From: Blastocladiella emersonii ATCC 22665
Lineage: Eukaryota > Fungi > Blastocladiomycota
Reading direction: 5' to 3'
Length of the DNA: 64,000 nucleotides
NCBI GenBank assembly: GCA_025594325.1
Contig: JANHCV010000002.1
Location: 2,604,001 to 2,668,000 of the forward strand
Part shown: piece by piece, positions 8,755 through 20,069 of the stretch
Position numbering within the stretch: position 1 is the first letter of the stretch
Layout: every line of letters begins with the position of its first letter
Position numbers and translations under genes: made by a program
The notes under the pieces: model-generated
The model's input: the letters and a program-made list of their open reading frames with translations, nothing else
Database searches by the model: none
Told to the model about the DNA's origin: nothing

Positions 8755-11700
8755 ATGGACCGTGACGCGTCTCCGGCGGCACGCGCTTCGGCCGCCGCGG
8801 CTGCTCCGCCTTCAGGCCCTCCCTCGCCGACCTCATCGGCACCCGGCACTCCACGCAATCGCCACCATGAATCGACCCATGCACCGATACACGCTCGCGC
8901 CGACTCGGGCGTCGACTTTGCCGTCGCGCCTGCTCCCGCCGCCCCGTCGGCGGCTCGCGCTGCTCCACCCGTGAGCGCTGCTGCTCCCTCGACCCCTGCA
9001 CCTGCACCTGCACTCGCACCTCCTCGACGCGATCCTGTATCGGCGACATCCGTCAACTCGCACGATGGCGCTCCGAGCCGCTCTCCTGTCGCGAAGCCGG
9101 TACGCGTCGGCTCACGTCCTGACGTAGGTCACTGCGTGCTCACTCGCTCCATTGCGCCAACTAGTCGGCCTCAACCACTGCTCCTGTTCCCGAGCCCGCT
9201 CCTACCGCCGCCGTCGCCTCGGCCGCGGCCAACCCCGGCCCCGCCGACGCGACCAGCGCCGCCAAGGACTCGACCGACGGGTCCAAGCACGCCAAGGTAC
9301 ACTATCACGCGCAGCACTCGATCCATGGTCTGTCCACTCACTCTGTACTCGCGTGTGTAGACCAACAATAAGACCGCCACCGCCGCCGTGTCCGATGCGG
9401 CCAGTTCTCGCTCCGCCGACGCAGCCAGCGCCGCCAAAGACTCGAGCGACGCGTCCAAGGACGCCAAGGTACGCCTGCGCCGATACGGCACGCTCGTTTG
9501 TCCATCCGCTCACTCGTTTCTCGTGTGTGTAGACCGACAAGAAGCCCGTCGCGCCCACGCGCTTCGCCAAGATCAAGTGGCACCAGCCCTTCTCACCGTC
9601 CGAGCCTGCCGGTAAGCGCCTCGACAAGATCGTCCCGCGCACCAAGCTCGATGAGATGATTGGCAAGTACCACCTGCGCGGCGTGCTCGACGTCGTCAAC
9701 GTGCTCGTCGCCGGCCCGCCTACCGATGAGGAGACAAAGGACGACGAGGGTGGCGACGATGATGATGAAGATGACGATGATGCCGCCGAGAAGAAGGACG
9801 AGTCGGCCGTCGCCGCCGACAAGCAGAAGGCCGACTCCGAGGACGCCAACGGCAAGGAGCTCGAGTCCAAGTCCGACGACAACGGCAAGGAGCCGCCGGC
9901 CGGCGAAGCTGTCCTCCCTGCTGCTGCTGCGGCCGCCGCGGCCGAAGCGGGCAACGCGGAGTCTGACGCGCGCGACTCGGACCGCGACGACGCGCCGTCG
10001 GACGCGGGCATCTCGGACGGCGACGCGACGGCGGACACAGATGCGCTGGGCGCAAAGCCTGCCGCCAAGACGGACAAGTCGGGCAGCAAGGGCGCCGACG
10101 ACAAGGACAAGGAGCTCGAGCCGCTCGAGCGCAAGGACATTGCGCGCGCTGGCATCGTCGCCACCTACACGGTCTCGTCAGCGCCCGACGGCCTCGGCTT
10201 CCTCGAGGGCCACACGTTCAAGGCCAAGATCATGCTCGTCAAGGTCCCCGTCGAGACGAAGGAGAAGAGTGGCGACTCGGCCGACGGCGAGAAGAGCGGG
10301 AAGCAGACTGAGTCGTTGACCGCCGGCCAGCAGCCCGAGACCACGCCCACCAGCTCGTCGACAACACGCCCGCGCGCCAAGGCCATCGTGACGGCGCCCG
10401 CCGGTCGGTCCGCCGACGCAGCGCCTTCGGCCGCATCTGCTCCCGCCACACCGTCGGCTACCGGCGCCGTGCGCGAGCCCGCCGAATCCAAGGTCACCGC
10501 GTCGTCCTCGAACGCTGACCCGGCCATGGCCGCGCCGCGCAAGCAGCGCTCCTCGTCCGCCGATGCTCGCGTTTTGGGTGAGCTCGACCCCTCGCTGCCG
10601 GTCCCTGCGGCCGCCGCCGAGCCTGGCTCGCGGGCTGGCGAGGGCAAGAGCGCGTCTGCGCCCGCCGAGTCTGAGGCCGCCACCGCCGCTGCGCCCGCCG
10701 CTGCGTCCGCTGTGGCAGACGCCGACGCAGGCGCCGAAGACAAGAAGAAGGAGAAGCCCAAGCAGAAGTGGGCGCCGTACTCGATCGAACTCGAATACCT
10801 CCCTGGCAAGTCCAACCCGATCCTCTTCTTCCCGGGCTGCCCGCTGGGCCCGCTCTCGCTCGACTCGGTCGCCGCCGTCCTCGCCGTCCGCGAGAAGACG
10901 CAGCTGCTCATTGAGTTCAAGGTCGCGCCGCCGCCCAAGGCCGACGAGGACAAGGGCAAGAACCGCGAGACCTCCTCGGCCGCCGGCTCGGATCCGAAGG
11001 ACCAGGGCAAGTCGGACGGCAAGCGCATCAACGAGAAGGCCGTAGGGCCGGCCGCCGTCGAGCCCAACGCTCCCGTGCCCACGCCGCCGTCGGCCGCTGG
11101 CGAGCCGAGTGCTCCCGCGCCTGCGCCACCCTCTGTCGACGCCGCCGAGCCGAACGCAACGGCATCTGCGTCGTTGCCGTCGGCCGAGACGAAGAAAGAC
11201 GGCAGCGGCGGCGACGACGCGCCCGCGACGTTCGGCCTCGACGAGTGCAGCGGCTCAGCGCGCTTCGTGTTCAAGAGCTTCAAGCCGAGCCTCGCCGCCG
11301 CCGAGCTGACGCTCAAGATCGCCGAGCCCGACTCGGACGACGGCGACGGCGACGCCAAGTCGCCCTCGTCGCCCACCTCTGCGCCCGCGCTCGAGTCCAC
11401 CAACAACGAGAAGCCCGAGTCGCCCTCGCTCGCCAAGCCGCCCGATTCGCTCCCGCCCGCCAACGACGAGTCCCTCGCCTCGTCATCGCCCGCTGCGGTG
11501 GCCAAGACGTCGGACACGGAGCAGCAGTCGGAGGAGAAACCCAAGACGCGCGCGGTCCACGCCGCCACGGTGATGCTGGCCTACGCGCCCGACGAGGGCG
11601 AGGACCACCACTGGTCGCTGTCCCTCAAGGCCAAGGGCAGCAAGGCCGTCGCGCGCGCACTCAAGCGCTTTGGCTCCGTCAACCTCGCCGTGCCCTCAAG

Positions 11701-14700
11701 CAGCGAGGTCCTACGCCTCACGGCCGCGAGCCTCGAGATCGACGTCGTCCGCCTGGCGTCCAACAAGCAGAAGGAGACCGCCGAAAATTCGGCTGCGGCG
11801 TCGCCCGAGCCCAATCTGGCCAAGACGGTCGACGCGGCCGCAAGCTCGACGGCGGCCGAGAAGCAGGAGGAGAGCCTGTGGAAGGTCCGCGGTGCCGGCC
11901 GCGCCGAGGTCGAGTTCGACCACACGATCGCGCTGCAGGACGGGCACCCGCTCATGTCGCTGCACGGCGCCGCCAACGCGACCATCGCGGTCCCGCTCGA
12001 CGGGCCGACGGTCGCCGAGTTCAACGGCATGCTTGAGCTCGCGTGGGCCGACGCTGTCGCTGCCGCTGCGCCGCACGTCGTGACCTCGACCACCTCGGCG
12101 ACCACCACCGCCATCAGCTCGCTGACCGAGACCAAGGAGACGAGTATTGAGAAGAAGACCACGGTCGCGGCTGATCCGCACCAGGTTGCTGTCGCCGCGC
12201 GCGCGTGCTGGGTCCCGCGCCGCATGCTCGACGTGTCGTTCGGTGTTGCGGGCGCCAACCTGTACGAGGTGTCGCCCGAGTGGCTGCAGTTCCTCCTGCC
12301 CAAGGGCAAGGCGCAGCTCGTGGTCCGGTACCTGTCGTGGTTCAAGCTCGCCGACCCCAAGAAGCCCTTCATTATCAAGGACGCGACCGACCCGATCTCG
12401 ACCGAGGGCCTGCTCAAGCTGATCGCCAGCCATGACGACGACCAGGAGGCCAAGAAGAAGAAGAAGCAGGAGCAGGAGGCCGGGGCTGCCGCCGAGAAGC
12501 AGGTCGGCGAGGCTGACAAGCAGACCGGCAGCGACACGGACGCGCCGAGCATCGCGCCCGCCGCCGAACCGTCGTCGGACCCCTCGTTGCAGAAATCGGT
12601 GGCACGCCGCCCGCGCAGCTCCTCGGTGCCGCCCACGACCTCCTCGACCTCTTCATCCTCGTCCTCGCCCGCCGCCAACGAGACCGCGACTGCGACATTG
12701 ACGCGCCCACGCGCCAACGCCGTGGACCGCTCGATCGACAATGTCACGCGCCCGCGCTCCAACGCGATCGCCCGTCGTCCGGCTGCGGCGGGGCAGCTTG
12801 ATGCGCCCGCCAAGGCCGATGACGACGAGGCCGAGGACCTCCCGCCGCGCTCGTCGCTGCTCGCCATCACCTACGCCGCCACCTCGGACCTCGCGACCAA
12901 GTGGGACGACGACACGGGTAAGAAGGCCGCCTTCTCGATGCTCGTGCTCCGCTCGCCGACCTCGGGCAACGCGTTCGTCGCCGAGATCAGCAACGTCGAC
13001 CTCGCGGTGCTGTTCGGGATCGGCGACAGCGTGCAGCTGTCCCTCGACAAGGTCCGGCTCACGTACAAGCAGCTCGACGAGGTCAAGGACCCCGACGCCG
13101 CTGCCGCTGCAGGTCCTGAGAAGGAGGGCGCCGCTGACGCCGCCGCGAATCCTGCCGAGTCCAAGTCCAAGTCCAAGTCTGCGGCGACCACGTCGGCAGC
13201 TGAGTCGTCGGCCAGCACCGCGTCGGCCAAGGAGCAGAAGCAGACGGCCGCCGGCGCCGACTCGGCCGCGCCCGCCAAGATCCCCGTGGACGTGTACCAG
13301 GCCGAGGGCGAGCTGACGCTGCTCGATGACATCAAGTTCTCGGTCGCCGCCACCATGTTCCGCGTGCAGGGCTCGCTCGACGACTGGGCGCTCCGCGGGC
13401 AGGCCGTCGTGTCGCACGCCAAGCTGGTCAAGATCGCGCCCGTCCTCGACGGCCTCGGCGCCAAGGCCAACCTCCGCATCCTCGCCATGAAGCAGCCCAT
13501 GCAGAAAAAGTACCTCGCGGTTCTCGACCGATCCACTGACGACGACGATGCTGACGGCAAAAAGGAGGGCGAGTCATCGGCTGACGAGCAGACGGACGAG
13601 GGCGGCAAGAAGGAGGAGGAGACTGCCGCCGCCGACGCGGCGCAGCAGCAGCAGCTCGTAGTCGCCAAGAACGACGCCGACAAGACTGACGACACGGCAG
13701 CTGCCGCCGCCGCCGCCGTTGTCGCGCTCGCCAAGAAGCCGTCGCTGCCGCCCGGACTCGAGAAGCTGTTCGAGGCCGGTGCCGGCGAGGTCCTCATCCA
13801 GGTCTCGCTCGCCGAGTCGAGTGGCGCGCTGCACCCGCGTCTCAACGGCGCCGCCATTGCGCTGTGCGTCAACATCCAGCTCAAGTCGGCCGGTCCCGCG
13901 TCTACCCCGACGGCCGTCGCTACCGTTGCGCCCAAGCGCGCGCCAACGCGGTTCGGCATCCTCGTCAACAACCCGGGCGCGCTGTTCAACAGCCGCGCGC
14001 TCGAGGAGCAGGAGATTGCGCTCGCCGGCAGCGTCACGACCGCGGGCAACGTGCTGATCCTCGGCCGCGCGCTCAAGCCCAAGCCGCTCACGGCGCTCAT
14101 GCTCATCCAGGCCATTGACTCGAGTTTCACGGCTGACGCGTCGGTCGAGAAGCTGCTGTCCGAGCTGCTCTCGGTCCGCATCTACACGATCGGCCTCGCC
14201 TTTGACCGCGGCACCGCCGCCGCCGAGGATGTCGCGAAGTTGTCCAAGTCGACCTTCACGTTCGTCGTCGGGTGCACGCTCTCGCACCTCGAGGTGCCCG
14301 TCGCCGTCATGTGCCGCGTCCAGGACGGCAAGCTCGGCGTACGCGTCGCGTGCCTCCCCGAGGCGGCCGCCGACGGGTCCACGGCGCTCACCGACCTGGT
14401 CAACGCGTCGCTCCCCGACGTGGTCAAGGACGTGCTCGACATGTCGCCCGTCCAGCTGGACCTCGTGTGGCTCGACATGCGCTACAACTGGATCGAGACC
14501 GCGAGCAGCGCCGCCTCCGCCGACTCGGCCAAGGAGCCATTGTCGTTGCCGAGCGATCCCGCCACCACGACCGCAACCACCGCCGTCGAGAAAAAGGACG
14601 CCGCCAAAAAGGTCGACATCGACGACGATGACGTGACGGACATCATCCTCAAGCAGCTGCCCAAGTGGTCGGCCAAGCAGGACCCGCCGCTCGTCACGGC

Positions 14701-17700
14701 CGAGGAGCTCGCCAAGGCGGGCAAGGGCGGCGGCAAGTACACGGGCAAGGGCTTCAACGTGCAGTCGGGCCTGCGCCTGCGGCTCGAGGGCGCGCTGTGG
14801 CAGCCGCTCGGCCTCGACGGCAAGTCCGTCCAGGGCGTGCTGCAGCTCGGCGAGGTGTTTGCCGTGCACGGGTTCCTGCCGCCCATCGATTTGGGGGAGG
14901 GCATCAAGTTTGACGCCAACAAGCTCACGCTGACGCGGACCGACATTGACGTGGCCGTCGCCATGACGATCCGCGTGGACGGCAAGCCGTGGGCGCGGTT
15001 CGCGGGCTCGCTCGCCGCCACGCTGGGCGTCTCGCCGCTCGTGCTCAAGGCCGACATTTCGCTCGAGCCCGCGGCGGCCAAGGCGTGGATCGCGCTGGGC
15101 GACCTCGCCGACGCGCTGCGCAGCATCTACCTCAAGGGCCTGCGCCTCGGCATCGAGCTGGGCGAGGCCAAGCCGAGCGTGTGCTTCTCGGGCGGGCTCA
15201 AGATCCACGACCCGGCCATGTCGTACCCCGTCCTGGGCGCTGTGTCGCTCAAGCTGCCCCCGCTCAAGTTCTTTTATTCGGTTGCCAAGGACGTGTCGTT
15301 CACGGGCCTGCTCGCGCCGTTTGTCGGCGAGAACAGCGCGCTCCTGCGCGGGCTCGCGTGGGTCGAGCGGGTGCTGCCGGGCATCAAGCACCTCGAGCTT
15401 TTCTTCAAGCTCGACCCGACGGCCCACGCCGACGTGAGCGCGCTGCCCGACATGAGCAGCGGCAGCACGTCTTCGGACAAGGGCAGCATGCGCCAGTACC
15501 TCATCGACAACAAGGCGCTCGAGGCGGGCAGCATGGCGATTGCCGCGCGGTGCGAGCTGTCGTTTTTCGGGATGGAGGCCAAGATCGAGGGCAGCGCCAT
15601 TGCGACGGGTCTCGATCCCAAGAAGTCTGCGGTGTCGCTCGCGTCGCTGCCCACGGCGCTCGTCCATTTCGACGCGACGCTGTCGGCCGTCAAGTGGCTC
15701 GGCGGGCGCCTCGTGCTCGCGGGCAGTAGCCACGACCTCGCCGCGGCCATGAAGTGCACGCTCGAGCTCGACACGGCCAAGGGCCTGCTCGAGTTTGATT
15801 TCGCCGCCTACATCCACCTCGACCTGTTCGTCAAGCTCGCCGTCGAGTGCCGCGCGCAGCTCAAGCGGCACCCCAAGACGGGCCGCACGCGGTTCACGCT
15901 CGCCGCCACCATCATGCTGTCGGGCGCGCAGTCCGCCATCTGCCTGTCGGGCTTTTTCGTGCTCGGGTTCCAGTCGCTCGTCCCGCCCGCGGTGCAGCCC
16001 ATGGTCGAGGAGGCGTTCCCGCCGGCGCGGCTGCTCATGGTGCCGTCCGAGATCGGGCTCAACCTGCGCCTGTTCGGCGCGACCAAGAACGCCGACGGCA
16101 CGCTCGGGTCGGCCGGCCTCGTGCAGTGCCTGTTCCAGATTCTGGGCGACGCGTGCAGGGGGTTCGTGGACACGAGCAAGGCGGCGCTCAAGGCCGCCAA
16201 GGACAAGCTGGACGAGAAGCGCCGCAACTCGAGCATTGGGTTCTTCTACGCGCTCGGCAGCGCGCTCCTGAGCGCCGTGTCGTTTGTCGTGGACCTTGCG
16301 GGCAAGGCCATCAGCTTCGTCACGTCGGTCCTCGCCAAGCTCACGGCCGCGCTCATCGACGTGCACTCGATCCATTTCGGGGGCGGCATCCAGGTCGACG
16401 CGGCGAGCGGCGACGCGGGCGCGCAGGCGTACCTCAACGTGCACGCCGTGATTCTGGGCACCGAGTTCAAGTTTGGGCTCAAGGTGTCGACCAGCGGCAA
16501 TTTCCTGCGGGTCCTCGCCGACGTGCTCGTGACGCTGCTCGCTGCCGACTACAGCGAGAAGACGGACGCGGCGGCATCGGTCGGCCAGTACTACCCGTGG
16601 GTCGACGGCGAGTGCTCGACGGAGCCCGAGCCGCCCAAGGTGCAGACGCCGCCGGGCTCGCGCATCCCCATGCTCCCGAACAGCGCCTCCGCGAAAGAGC
16701 AGGACGCGGCGGCCGAGCTGCGCAAGGAGCTGCAGGAGGCGACCGACGCCATGGCGAGCGCGCCGCCCGCGCCGCCGGCCAGCGCCCCGCCCACGACGCG
16801 GTGCCCCGCGTGCTTCCAGGCCGTCGTGAGTGCCGACCCGACGGTCGACGCGCACTCGGCCGTGTGCCCCAAGGCGCTCGTGCGGTGCGTGGCGTGCGAC
16901 GGCATGGTCGCGCGCGACGCCGTGGACTCGCACCGCGCGAGCGGGTGCAAGGAGATGGCCAAGCTCGACGAGCGCACGCGCACGGCGTGCCCGCACTGCG
17001 CGACCGAGGTGCTCGACGTCAATTTCCACCTCAAGGTCGACTGCCCCGCCGTCGTTAAGTCCGTCGAAAAGTGCGCCAAGGCCGGGTGCGGCGCGCTGGT
17101 GCCCGCGGGCGCCATGGCCGCGCACCTGCAGCACGTGTGCGCCAAGAACATTGTCGCGTGCACCTTCTGCCGCGCGTCGGTCGTCGCGCGCGACCGCGAG
17201 GTCCACGAGACGTACGAGTGCGCCCGCCGCGACATCAAGTGCACGCGGTGCGCCGAGATGGTGCCGTACGTGGACGGTGACACGGTCGAGGCGCGGCTGC
17301 TGCGACACTCGCGCGAGGCGTGCTGGACGACGTGCGCGCGGTGCACCGGCATCTACCTCCGACAGAACGAGGAGGCGCACCGCCGCGAGTGCAAGCCGTC
17401 GGTGCCGTGCAACGTGCCCGGGTGTGTCCGCCAGCTGTTCAAGACGCGCATCCTGCCCAACGTGTACAGCGGGCGGTGCCGGTTCTGCGACGAGTCGCTG
17501 CCCGACGACGAGGCCCTCGTCGCGCACCTCCGCACCTGCGCCAAGGCCCTGCTCGCGCCCGCGACGGGCAGCGCGTGCGGCGCCCTTTCGCTGCACCACG
17601 GGCCCGACGGGACGACACCCAAAATCGTGCTGCCCGGTGGTGGCTGCTGCGACGCCAACGGCTCGCCCGCGCTGCTCGCGGTGTGCGACCCCTCCGCCGT

Positions 17701-19987
17701 CACGATCGCCGAGGACGCTACCGTGCCGTGCCCGCACGGCTGCGGCGCGCTGATCAAGTCGTGGGGCGCCTTTGGCGCGCACCTCGACACGTGCGCCAAC
17801 TTTGAGCGCCGCTGCCCGACGCCCGGCTGCGGCGTGTTGGTGGTGGGCGGCGCGACCAGCGCCATGTTCACGCACCTGCTCACGGCCTGCCCGAACGCGA
17901 CGACGGTGACAGCACCGTGCCCCTCGCCCGGGTGCGACGCCGTGCTGCCGATCAAGGACCTCAACGCACACCTGTTGCTCGAGTGCGCGACCAAGGTCGT
18001 GCGCTGCCCGCACTGTTCCGAGAACGTGGTCGGCGGGCTCGTCCGCCACCTGAACCAAGACTGCCCCGCGTACCGCGTCGCCTGTTCGATCGAGGGCTGT
18101 CCCGCGCCCGAGTACGTCAAGATGGACGAGTTTGAGCACCTCGTCGCGCACCACATTCTGCTGCCGCCGCTCGCGCGGCCCGTCGACCCGGACGCGATCG
18201 TGGGCCACGACCTCGATCTCGGCAGCGACCCGGCGCGCGCGCTGTCGTCGGAGCTGGCGCGGCTCGGCATGGACCCGTCGCACCCGCTGTACCTCGAGGC
18301 CGTCCACCGCCTCGTCGCGGGCTCGCTGCTCGTCCGCGAGCCGGCCACCGTCGGCCTGCCGTGCCGCAACCTGTGCGGCCACTCGTTTGACGCGCCGCAC
18401 GAGGAGGCGCTGCACGTCGCGTTCAAGTGCTCGCTCGGCATCGTGCGATGCCCTCACCCAAACTGCGACATCGCGTACGCGCCCGGCACGCACCACATCC
18501 ACGCCGTGACCGAGTGCATCGACGCGCGCGTGCCGTGCCCGCACACGGCCGTCTGCCCCGCCTCCCAGTCCGACGCGGTCCCGCTCCTCATGACGACGCA
18601 CCACGCGGTCGTTGAGTGCGCGTACGCGACGGTCGCGTGCTGGTTCTGCCCGGCGCGCGAGTCGCGCGGCAAGCTCGGACGCCACATGCGGCTCGCCTGC
18701 CCCGAGCGCCACGCGCCCGCGCGGTGCGACCAGTGCGCGGCCACGTTCCCGCGCAGCCATCTGGTCAAGCACCTGGTACTGGGCTGCCCGGCGCGCAGGG
18801 TGCCGTGCGGCGTCGGGTCGTGCACCGCGCTCGTGGCCTCGGCGGACCTCGTCGACCACTGGCTGCACGCATGCGAGTCGTCGCTGCTCTTGGGTGCCGC
18901 CAAGAAGCAGGCGATGTGCACGCGGTGCAGCTCGGGCGCCATTGCGTCGTACCGGGACTGGCTCGCCCACCTCGTCGGCGGCGATTGCAAACCCGCCAAC
19001 TCACACGCGTGCGGTTCCCAGACGCCCAACACGACCACGACGATGAAGACCTTGTCGCTCGCGGGCGCCTCGGACGCCGTCGTCGTGCCGTGCCCGATGC
19101 GGTGCGGCTCCCCCGACATGCCGCTCGGGCGGCTCATGGAGCACCTCGTGGTCGGGACGGCCAAGCACCCGCCGTGCAAGCAGCTCGACTTTGACTGGCC
19201 GTGTCCCAACGCGCGCGCCGGGTGCGAGGCGTCGGTCAAGCGGTGGTCGGTGCAGCACCACCTGCAGCACGAGTGCAAGTTCCACCGCGTCAGCTGCCCC
19301 ATGTGCGACGCGGAAATGGAGTCGACCGACCTGCCCAACCACTGCGCGCTCGAGTGCCCGAAGCGGTACAAGCTGCGCGTGCTGTCGCAGGGGCTCAGCG
19401 AGAAGGCGCGCAAGCAGGGCGACGTGGTGGTCGCCGTCAACGATATCGCGATTGTCGACGTCAAGAACCAGGTCGACGCGACGCGGTCCGTGTGGCGCGG
19501 GCTGCACGTCGTGGCCATTGATATTGTCAGCGGCGGCAACGGGCCCGACGCGCAGCACCAGCCGGCGGTCCAGCACTGGCTGTTCGACACGCACGAGCGG
19601 GTGCGCGACGCGTGGCAGATCCACCACGACGGCGCCGCTGACCCGACGCACCGCACGCTGACGAGCACCGTGTGGCGCACGTCGCTCATCGACACGATCA
19701 AGTCGCTCGTCGACGGCAAGACGGCGCCCGCGTTCCGCGTGATCGTCATGGCGGTGTACGACGAGGCGTTCTGGCACCTTTACGCCGACGACCGCGCGGC
19801 GATCCGCGCGACCATGGGCGGGCCGAACAACGAGATCCAGAAGCTCGCGCACCGCGAGGGGTATGTCGCCGTCATGCAGCTGCGGCCCGCGGGCGACGGG
19901 TCGCTCGCGCGCGTCCACCTCAGCGAGCGGCGCACGCCCGAGGGCGAGACGGTCAAGATGGAGGGCCTGCTTCCGTGGGCCATGTGA
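8755..19987 (+). CDS. Giant (~3,680 aa) protein: disordered N-terminus, long beta-rich middle, >20 TRAF-type zinc fingers, C-terminal ILEI/PANDER-like domain
   Basis: 3443-aa ORF with strong codon bias, extended upstream through inferred introns 9100-9164, 9297-9360 and 9469-9532 to ATG 8755 (start tentative). C-x2/4-C-x(10-18)-H-x(3-5)-C repeats at ~16800-19360, e.g. CPNARAGCEASVKRWSVQHHLQHEC. C-terminal RGLHVVAID..FDTH..MAVYDEAF..HREGYVAV. Confidence 0.85.
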
Positions 19988-20069
19988 GATGTAGTTTTGA
20001 ACCTTATGTAGTGAGTTGTTGAGTTGTTTTCGCGGCGAGTTTCTCGAAATTCGTGCGAGGAAGCAGAAC

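Noticed and set aside
13574-18970. 1798-aa minus-strand ORF (also 6522-8426, 6971-8194, 24374-27118, 40672-42783 and similar)
   Set aside because: Antisense or off-frame shadows of real genes, expected from extreme GC3 bias. Arg/Ala-rich with no motifs.
9656-19987. VWA (ViaA-like) domain within the giant protein
   Set aside because: No convincing MIDAS DxSxS motif in a Rossmann-like context found by eye; a profile search is still needed to exclude it.
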